A DNA stretch of 51,440 nt, counting the filler, from Trypethelium eluteriae (Eukaryota), in assembly GCA_051942245.1 (NCBI GenBank). It is 2 parts of 2 records of this genome, joined end to end, with 100 filler letters (N's around TTAATTAATTAA, not from the genome) between each part and the next. Parts side by side here need not be neighbours in the genome. Positions count along the whole stretch, not along the records: positions 1 to 25,698 come from JAVECL010000364.1; 1 more part is not named here. One strand, 5' to 3'. Below, in pieces: positions 1-12,408 of the stretch. The notes beneath the pieces are model-generated. The model did not search any database. It saw nothing but the letters and a program-made list of their open reading frames with translations, and had not been told where the DNA came from. Both the position numbers and the translations under genes were made by a program. The number at the start of each line of letters is the position of its first letter. The first letter of the stretch is position 1.

Positions 1-1339
1 AGGCGGCTCCGTGGTGGGCGGTGGTGGGAAGGTCGTTGCGGGTGACTTCGATGCCGATGCGGACGGTGATGAGGTGGTTGCCGTCGCGGTGGACTTTGTG
101 GCGGTCGACTTCGAAGTTGAAGAGTGTGTGATTATGGTATAGGTGTAGGTGGAAGACGTCGAAGGTGTGGAGGTTGGTGTTGTTACAGAGGGGGCAGATA
201 TATTCGTCGAACTTGATCTCGTGTTCTTGGCTGCTCGATTTGAGAATGTAGATGATCTTCACTATCTCACGCGGCTCCCTTGATGAGGGAGTGGCAGTCG
301 TCGTAAAGGACGAGCTCTGTGAGAGCTGGCGTTGAAAAGAGTTGTGGTTCTGTAAGACCGACTTTGAGCGAGGTGAATTCAAGCGCATCGTCACCTCGAG
401 TCCAGACCCCAGCTTGGCCATTTGCGTATTCTTGAAGTGCGACAATTCTAGCAAATGGTTCTGCGAAGGGAGTTCGGCCAGATCCCCCTTCCAGCGGACA
501 TAGAAGCAATTCGAGTTGGAGGGTGAAAGGTTTGATGCAGTTGATTCACCTACCCGCTGGTACCGAGGCATTGTTTGGCCGCAGATTTCTTCGAGTAGTA
601 TTTTCGAACGGACACGGTCTTCGAACCATACAAAAACCTCGATCAAGAATTTTGGCTGGGCCGACGATCTTGCCACCAAAGGGCCAGTATTAACTTTCAG
701 AGGCTCATCCATGTCGATCTTTAGGCGAGTACTACCATTCTTGGAATTCGTAACAAAGCCTCTTGCCATTGCTTCATGGACCTCTTTCCGCACGAAGAGC
801 GCCTTGTCTTTCTGTCCACGATCCGTGATTCCATCGCCGACGAAGCTTCTGCCTGTAGGTTCATCCCCTTCCCACATTCGAAGATCAATCTTGCATGGAA
901 TTTCCCACGCGGGTAAGTCATGCCGTAGGTTACTGGTTTTAACTCGACTTGCACGTTTTTCTTCCTGAGAGCTCTCTTCAAGAGGTCGTATCGAGCCGAG
1001 CTCTAGCTCAAATACATCTGCCTGCGCTGTCATCAGAACGTTGAGTGTATTTCCTGAAGCAGGGAAGTCCCAGATTTTGTCGTCCGAAGACTTGGTTTTG
1101 GACCTAGTCTTCCAATTGGATACCAAGCCATTTGTGCCGTTGGTCTTGGGCTTCGCCTTTGAAGATGCAGGTGGAGCCGGATTCCTAATATTCTCACGCA
1201 TGGCTTGCAGCGCGTGCTTATGTGAATCAACGACAACCCTTAGATTGCGCTGAAGAAGAAGTCGAGGTCTCCGCCGATGAGTCCTCTTATAGAAGGAGAA
1301 AGGTCCATGAAATTCCCTCAGTGACGTGTCAGCAACCAT
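1..1339 (-). CDS. Partial (3' end outside window) C2H2 zinc-finger protein, Suz12/VEFS-box-like PRC2 subunit candidate
   Basis: Open frame from ATG at 1339 (MVADTSLREF...HRRRPRLLLQRNL...) runs off the left edge with no stop, so it is absent from the ORF track. It contains YICPLCNNTNLHTFDVFHLHLYHNHTLFNFEV (CxxC...H...HxxFxF), like the Suz12 zinc finger. The VEFS box is not visible in the window. Confidence 0.55.
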   Translation of the reverse strand, partial: MVADTSLREFHGPFSFYKRTHRRRPRLLLQRNLRVVVDSHKHALQAMRENIRNPAPPASSKAKPKTNGTNGLVSNWKTRSKTKSSDDKIWDFPASGNTLNVLMTAQADVFELELGSIRPLEESSQEEKRASRVKTSNLRHDLPAWEIPCKIDLRMWEGDEPTGRSFVGDGITDRGQKDKALFVRKEVHEAMARGFVTNSKNGSTRLKIDMDEPLKVNTGPLVARSSAQPKFLIEVFVWFEDRVRSKILLEEICGQTMPRYQRVGESTASNLSPSNSNCFYVRWKGDLAELPSQNHLLELSHFKNTQMAKLGSGLEVTMRLNSPRSKSVLQNHNSFQRQLSQSSSFTTTATPSSREPREIVKIIYILKSSSQEHEIKFDEYICPLCNNTNLHTFDVFHLHLYHNHTLFNFEVDRHKVHRDGNHLITVRIGIEVTRNDLPTTAHHGAA

Positions 1340-2022
1340 TACCGCCGTTTCTGGGTTCCGTAATTTGCAGATCTATGTGCAGCTCCGAGTGAGGAAAGTT
1401 CGTGAGGTCGCTCGACGGACAAGTGTTGATACTGATATTGGCATGACGAGTGAGAGTAATTGAATAGGCAAGCCCCAGGTGGGGTCTTCGTATCAGGCGC
1501 GACTGTTCAGTGGGTCTATCACCAAGAGGTGTGAATAGGCAACTGACGTGTGTCTGGTACCTTTGTTTTGCCGAGATAGAGCGTCTTTGTAGTCCAATTA
1601 TAGACGAAGAACCTTGAATTTGAAATTTTTCCCTCCCCGTGCCGATTACAGTAGATAGAATTTGGACGCAGATCCAGCTACGAATGATGACTTGGCGCAA
1701 CTGTGAGAGACGAAAGCTGAAACTATGAAATAAATGTAAGGATGATCGAAAGCGTCACTTGCTTTTACCAATCACACCGTGTGAGAAGGGATACAAGAAC
1801 TCGTATGCAGGGGTGACGGGTGTGAAATCGTATGAGGACAGACAAATGGTGCAGAACACTACTCGAAATCACAAAAGGCAATAAGTCGAGGCAGGGAGAG
1901 TGAGGTAAGACAAGTAAGTTCAAGAGGATTTCAACTAGGAACCCGTGAATAGTCAGTCCTACAGACGCGACTTTGAGTGTAGACAACACGCGTGGGCAAG
2001 ACGGTAAGGATGGAGTAACGGG

Positions 2023-2052
2023 AGTGTGGCGTAGTGTGGCGTAGTGTGGCAT
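2023..2052. repeat. 3 x 10-bp tandem repeat (AGTGTGGCGT) in a divergent intergenic region
   Basis: agtgtggcgt agtgtggcgt agtgtggcat, read directly. Confidence 0.7.
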
Positions 2053-2571
2053 AGACAGGCTTGATGTGGCTTTACATCCTATCTGTGGCGTCCCCGTCAT
2101 CGGAGGGGGTTCAGCAGCAGAAGACTAAAGGCTCCCGTTGCCGGTCAAAAGAAGAGCTAGCTGGACGCCCACTGATTACAAATGAATGACTTAACCTACG
2201 CAGGTTTAGTATCAAGCCCACTTGCAGGGTGTCAAGATAAACGGCTACATGCTCCCAATTGGGTAATGCCAGGGCGTATACCTGTGAGTCTTACGTTGAT
2301 TCTACTTTTGCTTGGGTCATGCGAGCACTTCAATCCTCTTTTTTGAAACACTCTCTCGTCCTCAATTCAACGGTTTCTGGTTATATACTCTCGTGGGACA
2401 GTAATCTCATCGCGCCCTATGTCATTTACTTGATCCATTCTAGGCTTCCCGACTTTCCCCTCCTGCTGATGCAGGAAGGTGGTCACCGAAAAGGCGTGAG
2501 ACAAAACCGCGCCCTACAGCTTGACAGGCCTGCCAGTGGTAAAATACTGTCTTAGGACGTAGTTCCCAGGC

Positions 2572-5197
2572 ATGACAACCATCAGAGAAGGCGAGATCCT
2601 CCAGTCGGAGCCCGATCTGAGTCAATTGCTTAATTTGGGCGAGGATGATGCCCTGGAGACTGCATCCACGGCTCAAATTGTAGATCCTTGCGAGCTATCC
2701 AGGCCAATATGCCCGTCGCACCCCGATGGAAATAGGTTCGTCATTGCCTCCCATTTCTATGACGGCCCACTGATTTTAGCTGAAGTTGCCTTTGTCATGG
2801 CTTTATGGGCGATTGGGATGTCCCAGTCGTATCACAAGAGCAAGACCGGTGCCTTCCAACGACTGAATTGGGATGCTATGACGACTTTGCGAATTGGATG
2901 TAGGTAGCCAGCGATGATGCATCTGATGATGACCTGCCCTACTCACGTTTATTAGTCCGAGGTACTCTAAACCTCAGTTTCCTTGCAACTACTGCAAGTC
3001 AAGAAAGCTGGAATGCTTCATGTTCGTGACATCAGAGGGACAGACGACCTGCTCACCGTGCGACGCCTTGCGCAGAGAATGTAGTTTTACCCACGAGGTG
3101 TATGGCATTCCACATACTCCTCTTGGGGCCATTGACACTCTGCACAAGGTAAGGCAGGATATATATCGTGACTTAGGAGCATTGGCTGGCCCAAAATCAC
3201 TTGGATCCCCACAGGCCTTGAACATGGATACCAGTGAAGAAAATGACCGAGGCCGGAAAAGTGGAATTAGATTCTCTAAAGCTGCAGTTAAAATTCTCAG
3301 AGATTGGCTAGAGCTTAATTCTCATCATCCTTACCCAACAGATGAAGAGAAAGAAGATTTAAAAACAAGGACCGGACTGTCTGCCGGACAAATCTCAAAT
3401 TGGCTAGCAAACGCCCGCAGGCGTGGAAAGCTTCGACAAAAACGAACAGTCTCACCAGGTTCTCACGCATCCTCTCGCGCAATCAACATACCCCAAAACA
3501 TTGACCGTACGACATGGGAGAGTCTCAACCCACTTGAGAGATGGAAGCATTCGCCACCTGAAAACGAACCTGCTGCTGTCGATGATATCGCTTACGCCGT
3601 ATCCTCGAAGAAGTACGACCCGGTCTTTATTAATAGTACGCCCGCAAGCTTTGAAGAGCCCAAGCAGAACTCCAAACAAACTTCGAGTGGATCGAGTTAT
3701 TCGGCGTTCCTTGCACCTTCAATAACAAGTCATCGGACGACAAAATCAAGTGGACCATCACTCTCGGATTCTGCTTGGTCTGGCTCCAAGTCCCGTACAT
3801 CTTTTGGTTCGTTCGGGTCATTCAACAGCGGAGTCAAGAAGGGACGTCATCGACGAAGGAAAGTTACCCAATCTGCGCAACAGTAAGTTGTCTCAAGCCC
3901 ATTTCTATACGGCTGTACATCTAGGAGTCGTCCCTTGCAACACATCTGCGTGAAAAGTGCAGGACTGTACTGACCAGAATGTTCCAGGACTAAGAACAAA
4001 GGTAATTCTAAGCCACGCCTTTTCCAGTGCACGTTTTGCACAGATCGCTTCCATAATAAATATGACTGGACACGACATGAAAAGTCGCTGCATCTTCCCT
4101 TAGATAAGTGGACTTGTGCTCCGCTAGGTCCGGTCGTCACTTCGCAATCAGGAGAAAAGAGATGCGCGTATTGCGATGCTCTGAACCCCACCTCCCAACA
4201 CCTGGAAACCCATAATCACGAAACTTGCGAAAATCGAGACATTGAGACACGCACCTTCTATCGCAAAGACCATCTGCGACAACACCTGCGGCTGATGCAC
4301 AACTGTGAACTCATCCCTAGCATGGATTCCTGGAAATCCGCAATCACGCACATAAATTCACGATGCGGATTCTGCTCTCAAACTTTCACGGTTTGGCAGG
4401 AACGAGTGGACCACCTAGCAAAGCATTTTCGTAACGGAGCGACGATGAAGGACTGGAAAGGATGTCGAGGCCTTGATCCTGCAGTTGCCACACAGGTAAC
4501 TAAAGCCATGCCACCATACTTAATCGGACAAGAGGCTGTGTCTCCAATCCCTTTCAGTGCGACGAACCAAACGAGCTTAAGACATTGCATGAACTTTCAG
4601 CCAGAACATATTTCAGAGCATTTTGAGGCCTTCCCAGACTGCCCATCACCGCGCAATACGCAAAAGATGACCTGTTGGGAAATCTTGACCGTTCGATTGG
4701 GTCGGTTTGCACTAGAAAAGATGGCACAAGGTATCACACCGTCGGATGAAGCGCTCCAAGATCAGGCTAGACGGATATTCTACGACAATGACGATCCATG
4801 GAATCAGACAGCAGCAGATAATCCTGATTGGCTAACCCTGTTCAAAAAAGCTCATGGGCTGTTAGATGCTTCTCATGATCATAAAATAATTGAGGAAGAC
4901 CGCAGCCAGTTGCCTGCGTGCTGGACTCCTCAGGACCTGGAAAAATGGGGGGATCTGGGCCTTTGTGTGCCGTTCTCGTTTGCAGGGAACTTCCCGGTCA
5001 TTCCGGCTACGGCTTCTGATGAGCTTTGCCATCCAATGGAACTGGATCAGGAACACATTCCTGGATTGTTAAGTGACGCTCAAGGACAGGAGGAGTTCGA
5101 TTTTAACCAAATGTTTACAACTTTGCCCGAGTTGGAAACTCTGCCAGATGCGGACCTTGCACGTGATTTGTCCCTGATGCATGGCCTTGACGCGTAA
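2572..5197 (+). CDS. Transcription factor with Zn2Cys6-like cluster, TALE-type homeodomain and C2H2 zinc fingers (multi-exon)
   Basis: Spliced reading gives CNYCKSRKLEC-x11-CSPCDALRREC, homeodomain HPYPTDEEK...QISNWLANARRR, and C2H2 fingers FQCTFCTDRF...WTRHEKSLH and RCGFCSQTF...RVDHLAKH. One intron at ~3883-3987 (GTAAGT...TACTGAC...CAG). The 5' exons and start are less certain. Confidence 0.85.
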
Positions 5198-6088
5198 TGC
5201 TTGACGCTTGATGTCTGATGGTTCATTAGATCATTGTCATTATCTTCTGTTAGTCTTTGATTCGTTAGTGCAAGATATAAGTGACAACCGACGCTGGTGG
5301 ATTATCTAATCATCCAGGCTTTGCTCAGGAAACATAGCGAAACAGACTGACAATCGTGATAGACAGGCGTTCAACAAGAATTTCATGGATTAGCGTAGGA
5401 TTGCAAGCCTTGCGGAAAATATTTTCAGGTCGTAGTACCACGTTGAGCTCTAGAGTAAAGCAGCGCATGGATTGAAGAATATGAAGCAAGACATTGGCGG
5501 TATTTTTCCCCTCACGACCCCTTCTTTGATCTTAGACCAAGTGTACTCCACTCCCTCATCTCGTCTACTCATTACCTCCATGCCATATTGAGATGTTGTC
5601 GTCAGATATAGGTAGGCTTTATCCAAATTCCGGAGATTACCCCTCCGGCTCCGGAGATCACATGATAGCGGTGAGCCGGGCTCGTTCGTGGATCGCAGCC
5701 GATTTTGCAGGATAATTGTGGCGGATGCATACAAATCCACTAAGGCAGGCCAATTAGCTTTTGACCGAGCACAATGCCAACGAATCCGGCATGCTCTGGA
5801 TTTTCTGGACGCTGTGAGGTCTGACATGGCATCCTCAGATTGTGCCTTGGGCCGCTCATCCACGGATGGTAAGGTTTGTTCTTCATCACTAATCGTCTCA
5901 CTCCATCTCGTCGTTCATACTCATCTCTACAAACCCGCGTTGATTTCATCACTGTGTTGAACGCGACTGTTATGGAAAAGAGAGCGGCCCGGATCAATGT
6001 GCTCGTCCAATCGATGAGGTAGCTGGACTTCGGTGTTGTCACGCGGCCAAACACCACTCGGACTCAGTCAAGCCTTGTGTAAAACCAC

Positions 6089-6768
6089 ATGGAGTCCAAC
6101 CCCAACTGCGCCATTTGTAACGCCCCTGCGTTGCCGGAATGTCAGTCTCCTCTACATAGAGTGAGGAGAAAGATGACTGATTAGAGATCCAGGTCCCTGC
6201 GAAAGCGAACGACTTACCATTGCGGTCCGTCAAGCAGAAAAGCGAGCCATGGACGACCGATTACATCATATAAGGTATTTTAATGTGGAAAACAATCGTT
6301 CACGTTTTCATTAACAACATACCTAGAGAGTGGGTCATTGCCCATGCTCGCGCCCAGATTCTTCAATCCTTCAATACTGTGACCTCTCATCGTAAGATTG
6401 CGCATAAGAAGTACCTTGCCTCTTTACCATTCTACGACTTATATGTTCAATATGCTGGACACCCACCGCTCCATCCACGACAGCTCCAAGCCCTCAAAAC
6501 CCAAATCCACGAGGCAGAGCTTCATTTCAAACGCGGCATCGACGCCGACTGGAAGGACAGTGTTGTCAAGTATCCGGAGGTCCTCAATTATTACTACTCC
6601 CTCGTTGAGATTCGATTGCCAAACGACAGGAGTAGTTCAGTTCTGGAACCGCAACTAGGTATTGGAAAAGATCGGAGGAGAATTAGAGAGAGAAGACCGG
6701 GAGTGGGAGGTCTTGCTCCTCCTGTTGCTCCCGCAGCTCCTCCGGGACCAGGTTGGACGTACATCTAA
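6089..6768 (+). CDS. Conserved fungal hypothetical protein with N-terminal CxxC...CxC motif (3 exons)
   Basis: ATG at 6089 gives MESNPNCAICNAPALPE|CPCESERLTIAVRQAEKRAMDDRLHHI|REWVIAHAR..., joined by two canonical GT-AG introns to the 6283-6768 ORF. Confidence 0.7.
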
Positions 6769-7494
6769 TTGCAACGCGCGGAAGTCTTCGAAAAATTGCT
6801 CTTCGTCTGAGAAATTGCGCTTTTATACCCCGGACTATGAGAATGCTCCGCAAAGGAAAGAAGGGCGAGACAGCATACCTGTTCCGCAGTTTGACCCAAC
6901 GTTTGGTCCACCCATCAATCTATTGCTTCTGATGGACTCGAATATCATAATGTTCTCAAGAAACGAGACCAAAAAAAAAGCGAAGGACAACTTCTATCTA
7001 ACGAGATGAATGGCCTACCTGTTCGATGTTTTGAAATTGCATTCAGCGAGGCGTTGGTCTAATGCATTTAGCGCTGGGTTTAAGGTGTTTTCTCCTGGAG
7101 GTTTTTCATTTTTTGCAGGTCATGATCATCTACCAGCTTAGAATAGTTCATCATAGCCACGGAAGAAAACACCCACGTTCCACTCTCGTCAGTTCCGGAT
7201 AGACATTGGTTTCTCGCGCAATCTGGAACCGCTAGTATCTATGTAGTCGCTACGGACTAGCCGTTGACACAAACTCATTTGGAGATTCGAATAGAGGGTA
7301 TCGAAAACAATTCTACAGACTCGTCTATAGGTCTATACCCAGAAATGCCAGCAGCCGCGCGACTTTCCCAAGCTAACTCTGACGCCACATGCCTTCTCAG
7401 AAACCCACGTGCTCTTGCAACTCATCCCGTCCCATTCATCCGATCCCATCCCAATCCAACTCCTGCCTCCCAAGAAACCCGTCCACTTTCCCCA

Positions 7495-8222
7495 TCACGC
7501 CGGCCCCGCCAACCTCGCCTCCGTCTTCGCCCTCTCCCCCTGCTGTAACTCCCGCACCTCCTCGCGCGTACTATCAAACCGCGCCGTCACCTGATTAAAC
7601 GGGTTCTCGGGACTCTTCTCAAACTCCTTCCTTATCCGCTCGACCTTCTGATTCCGCCGCAGCGCCTTCTCGTCCTTCATCTCCTCCAGCCGGCGCGCCT
7701 CAAACACCGCGTACGCCGCCTTGAACCGCCGCTCTGGGTGCCGCTCTACTTGCTCGTTGCTGCCGCCTCCGCCGCGGTCGAGCGTCAGGGCGTCAAGCGC
7801 GTCGTCGATGTTGGACGCGGACACCGAGCGTAGTTGGTTGGAGGAGGGGGCGTCGAGGCCTGAGAGGTCGAGCCCTCGCGATTTTTTGGCTGGCGCGTTC
7901 TTGCCTTTCGAGGGCTTGCTGGGGAGCGAGGCTTCTTCTTCGGCGAGGAGGGCGTCCTTTTCGGCTTTTTTGCGGGCGGCGTCGGCGGTCTTGGCGGCGG
8001 CGGCGTCTCTGTGGAAGGCGTTTATGAGTATGTTTCCTGGAGACACATGTGTAGGGTTGGGTTGGCATACTGTCTGGCGGTAGATTTGGCGCCTTTACCC
8101 CATTCGACGTCTTCTGCTACTGCCTTCTTGCGATCGACTTCGGCTTGCTTGGCCGCAGCCGCTTCGGCCTTTTTGGCGTTGCCCGCCGCCTTCTTTGTGT
8201 TGACTTCTCCACGTGGGGCCAT
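7495..8222 (-). CDS. CCDC124/Lso2/Oxs1 (DUF1014) ribosome-associated coiled-coil protein, 2 exons
   Basis: MAPRGEVNTKKAAGNAKKAE...WGKGAK, and ERHPERRFKAAYAVFEARRL...FEKSPENPFNQ. Intron GTATGC...CAG at ~8008-8070. Confidence 0.9.
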
Positions 8223-8566
8223 GATTGATATAGTGAAAGACTAGGCCGGGCGAGGCTTCCAGGGACGAGGTAAGCGGATTTTTAGGATGTAGAGGCGTAG
8301 AACGAGTGGGATGGTGGGGCTGAGTGGAAGTGGCGCCTGTCGAGTCATAAAGCCTTTCCTTTCCGGTTGTGACGTACATTGCAGGAGCAATAAGTCAGCA
8401 TGGCACTCAATAAATACTAAGTCAAGTAGGCACGCTGAGATATCGACTTTCCGGTCTTCAAAATTTCTTTCTTTTGGCTCTCTCCTACATTTGACGATTT
8501 CGCAGAATCGAATCCTGCCCAATATGCCGCATGCTGTATCATACACATGAACAGAACTGTAGATAT

Positions 8567-9995
8567 TTACAAATCACTCGAGTCCAGTCTCTGCACAACC
8601 ATTCCGGAGCTCGCACCACCGCCATTGCATATGGCCGCGCAACCGTACTCTCCTGGCTGTAGTTGGTGAAGCAAAGTCACGAGTATCCTTGCCCCTGAAC
8701 TGCCAATGGCGTGACCCAAGGCAATGGCTCCGCCTAGTGGATTCACATTGTCAGTGCCCAATTCTAAGATCTATACGCAGTATTAGCGATCTGATGCCGG
8801 AGATCTTAGCAAGAGCCATACCTTTGCGTTCGCCTTGATCACCGCCGCGAAGGCCTCATTGAACTCCCAAACTTTCACATCCTCTTTTCTAATACCGGCC
8901 CTTTCTAAGACGAGTGGGACGACTTTCGCCGGCGCGATTGGGAAATCGATAGGAGCGACAGCAGCATCGCCGTAGGATACTACTCGTGCCAGTACTCGAC
9001 TATTCTTCCCGTACTCCTTGGCAAAGTCTTTTCCACCAAGCACGAGGGCGCTAGCGCCATCATTGAAACTGGAGCTGTTCGCAGCAGTTACGGTCCCGCC
9101 TCCATCTCTCACGAATGCTGGCTTCAAAGTTGGGACTTTCTCCAGCTTCAGTCTGTTGTATCCTTCGTCTTCGACCACTTCAACGTCTTCCTTCTTGCCC
9201 TTTACCGTGACTGGCGTAACCTCCTCCTTGAACTTTCCCGACGCCCATGCTTCTTGCGCTCGCTTGTAACTCAGGATCGCAAATTCATCCTGCTCTTCTC
9301 TGGAGATCTTGTACTTCTTGGCCGTCTCCTCTGCACATACACCCATGTGGACCTGATTGTAGACATCCCACAGTCCATCACTGATCATGCCATCGCTAAC
9401 CTTGAATTCTCCAAATGACGGCTGCTGGCCCGCTCGCGGTAAGTAGTAGGGTACGCGCGACATATTCTCCATGCCCCCAGCAACTTGTGCACCTCCTAGA
9501 CCTAATTGAATGTTCTGTGCAGCGATGGACACGGCCTTCATGCCAGATGCGCAGACTTTGTTGATAGTTGTTGCCTCAACAGTGTTCGAGAGGCCAGAAT
9601 GGATTGTGGCCTGCCGCGCTGGTGCTTGACCCGACCCAGCTTGGAGCACTTGGCCCATGTAGACGTCGGTGACTCGGTCATGAGGAACTTTGGATCTCTC
9701 AAGGGCAGATTTAATCGCTGTTGCGCCGAGGGAGGTGGCAGGTACGATCGTAAATGCGCCATTGAACTGTCAGAAACTTCAGTCAGGTTCCTATCACCAC
9801 AAGCAGGTACTCAAGACATACGACGCCGACTGGTGTTCTCGTGGCACTTATTATGTACGCGTCTTGTATCTGTTGGTATGAAGCTCTTGAGGTATGGAAG
9901 CTTCTACGAGCCGAAGCTAACCGCCTAACACAGGACCGGGACTGTGTTGCTGTTCGAACAGTATGGGGAGCTGTCCTCCCAATTGACAAGTGCAT
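8567..9995 (-). CDS. Acetyl-CoA C-acetyltransferase (thiolase II), probably mitochondrial, multi-exon
   Basis: Motifs [27 protein letters not shown] and CNGGG. Arg-rich presequence-like N-terminus (RRSFHTSR). Introns near 9770-9817 and 8771-8821. Confidence 0.93.
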
Positions 9996-10502
9996 GGTGC
10001 TGAATGTTGACAATTAGGAGCAATTGCAGCTAGGAAGGAGTACTTGATGCCCTACGTGCTCCCTCCATGACTCGATTTAAGGAGTTCATAGCAGCATTGA
10101 GAGCAGAATAAAGCCGAGTGGTGGCACCGCGGGGTATCCTAGCTCCTCCGACGGCCTCGGATGCTGAATGAAGAGACCACGCAGTTGGGCCACCTCCAAG
10201 ACCTGATCGTGGCCACATTTCATAGGCGTCTGCTTTCCAACGGTCGAACTCGCGTGACTCGGTGAAATAGAGATTTACGGCAGGGGCAAAATCTCCGGCA
10301 GCATCCTATATCCACCTTAGCTCATCGAGATTGACATCATACCACCTTGCTACTAATTGCGGAGGCATCAGGTAAGTTTTGAGACCATTTCACAGCATCA
10401 CGATAGGATTTTGTATATGCGTTTGTCAGCCGAATTAGTTCTGCCTACTGTGCGTGCAATAAGGTACTCAGTCGTACGGGACGGAAGCTGCGGCTGTTGA
10501 AC

Positions 10503-11756
10503 ATGCCTCAAACATTGAAGCTTGCGGCTTCACAATCTCGGACCTTAGATACTACTGCTGAAACGCTACGTTCGCTCGAGGACACAACACGTACTGCTGC
10601 TTCACAAGGCATTGACCTCATCCTCTTTCCCGAGGCTTTCCTAGGTGGCTATCCGAGGACGTGTACTTTTGGTGCCGCTGTTGGAGCTCGTGACCCGTTT
10701 GGCCGCGAACAGTTCCTCCAGTATTTTCACTCTGCGGTAGATCTTGGCGATACACCAACTGGATCTGGGGACGACTGGATCGAGCGCCGACTACCTGTCG
10801 CCAAAGGCACGAGCCACAGAGGCGATGGCACGAGAGAAGAACTCGAGCAAATTGCAAGAGAGACCAAAGTCTTTATTGTCACTGGCCTCGTGGAGAAGAG
10901 CGGCGGAACCTTGTATTGCGCCGTTGTCTATGTTTGCCCGCAAAATGGAGTTCTTGGCAAAAGACGAAAGGTCATGCCAACGGGTAGTGAAAGGCTTATA
11001 TGGGGTCAAGGCCAGCCCAGCTCACTTCGTGCGGTGACAACAACTATTCGAGGTGTGAAACTTACGCTAGCAGCCGCAATCTGTTGGGAGAACTATATGC
11101 CCTTGCTGAGGCATTCTCTCTATTCACAGAACGTCAATGTATACCTTGCACCTACTGCAGATGCCCGGGACACCTGGCTACCACTGATGCGCACGATTGG
11201 AGCTGAGGGGAGAGCTTTTGTTCTCAGTGCAAATCAGTGCGTTACAAGGCAGCATCTGCCGGCATGGGTCCGTGGCGACACACCTGAGAAGTCAGATCAC
11301 AGGACGCAGGAGATCAATTCACCTGCAGCAGGTCAAGACTCAAACGTGGTGCAAGACACTGCCTTGAATGGCTCGACTGTCGCAGATGATGAGAGCCGGC
11401 CAAGCAGGCGAAGGGCGTCGGTCGTGACGCAAACTCCAGAGAGACACGAGATTTGTTGGCCTGCAGCTGATTCAGCAGGGAAACCAGGACAGGAACCCGT
11501 CAGTACTGCAGCCAAGTCATCAAATGGAGCAGAATCGGACTTCGTCAGTCGTGGCGGCTCATGCATCGTGTCTCCACTGGGCGAAGTTCTGGCTGGGCCA
11601 CTGTGGGAAGTTGAGGACGGTGGCCTGCTGACTGTCGAAGTTGATTTTGAAGACTGTGAACGAGGAAGATTGGACCTGGATGTTGCAGGATCCTATTCAC
11701 GAAACGACGCGTTCAAATTGACGGTTGAAGGTCTGGAGCTGGATCCTCCACCCTGA
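10503..11756 (+). CDS. Nitrilase (carbon-nitrogen hydrolase, Nit1-like)
   Basis: Catalytic triad motifs FPEAF, RRKVMPT and ICWENYMP; C-terminal DVAGSYSRND. First ATG at 10503. Likely 5'-UTR intron at ~10372-10428. Confidence 0.92.
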   Translation: MPQTLKLAASQSRTLDTTAETLRSLEDTTRTAASQGIDLILFPEAFLGGYPRTCTFGAAVGARDPFGREQFLQYFHSAVDLGDTPTGSGDDWIERRLPVAKGTSHRGDGTREELEQIARETKVFIVTGLVEKSGGTLYCAVVYVCPQNGVLGKRRKVMPTGSERLIWGQGQPSSLRAVTTTIRGVKLTLAAAICWENYMPLLRHSLYSQNVNVYLAPTADARDTWLPLMRTIGAEGRAFVLSANQCVTRQHLPAWVRGDTPEKSDHRTQEINSPAAGQDSNVVQDTALNGSTVADDESRPSRRRASVVTQTPERHEICWPAADSAGKPGQEPVSTAAKSSNGAESDFVSRGGSCIVSPLGEVLAGPLWEVEDGGLLTVEVDFEDCERGRLDLDVAGSYSRNDAFKLTVEGLELDPPP

Positions 11757-11985
11757 ACGTTAGGAGTGAAGACTTGGGCGCCTACTGGAAGCTGTCACAG
11801 TATATTACGGGTATGTCAATCGATTTCTGTCTCCTGATAGCCTTGATATGTACTTGAAGGCGTTCTGAAAAGATAACCGTTACAATGATAATGTCGAAAG
11901 GTTATAGCATGAACTTACCTATTGCAGTCGTCGACGGTACGACTGACTCCTATACATGTGAAAAAACAAAACCAAAGCGTAGGTA

Positions 11986-12408
11986 CTAATTACGAAAACA
12001 TGATACATATCCTGAAAGCCTCTCTTCAAAGAAGCTTTTCACAGCCAGCACGCCGTTCGTCTTCTTCAGGACTGATTGCTCTTGAAATGTCAGGCCTCGA
12101 TAAGGATCATCGATCTTGAGTGCGTGCAGTGCCCTTATTGTCCTTCGATGGAGGCATGTGAGCTTGTCCTTTGCAGCGCCTGACGGTTTCTCCTTCCTCT
12201 CTAGGTCGTCCAGCTCTGCAAGATACAACTGTCGTTCACGTCTCCATCTTCGGATGATTGTCACTTGCTGTCTTTCTCTGCATGCCTCACAAGGAAACTC
12301 GATCTCGGCCACTATCCTCGTCACTTTGTCGCAATATCCATCGTGTCGATTTGAGGCCTTATCGTCGCTATGCCCGCACGAGTGATTCCAGATCTCAATT
12401 TTACACAT
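11986..12408 (-). CDS. Small hypothetical protein with MC...CGH...C...CxxC motif
   Basis: ATG at 12408 gives MCKIEIWNHSCGH...YC...FPCEACRE followed by a helical charged tail. Confidence 0.55.
   Translation of the reverse strand: MCKIEIWNHSCGHSDDKASNRHDGYCDKVTRIVAEIEFPCEACRERQQVTIIRRWRRERQLYLAELDDLERKEKPSGAAKDKLTCLHRRTIRALHALKIDDPYRGLTFQEQSVLKKTNGVLAVKSFFEERLSGYVSCFRN

Noticed and set aside
5450..6057. Overlapping 90-137 aa ORFs upstream of the 6089 gene
   Set aside because: No domain features; consistent with promoter or 5' UTR sequence
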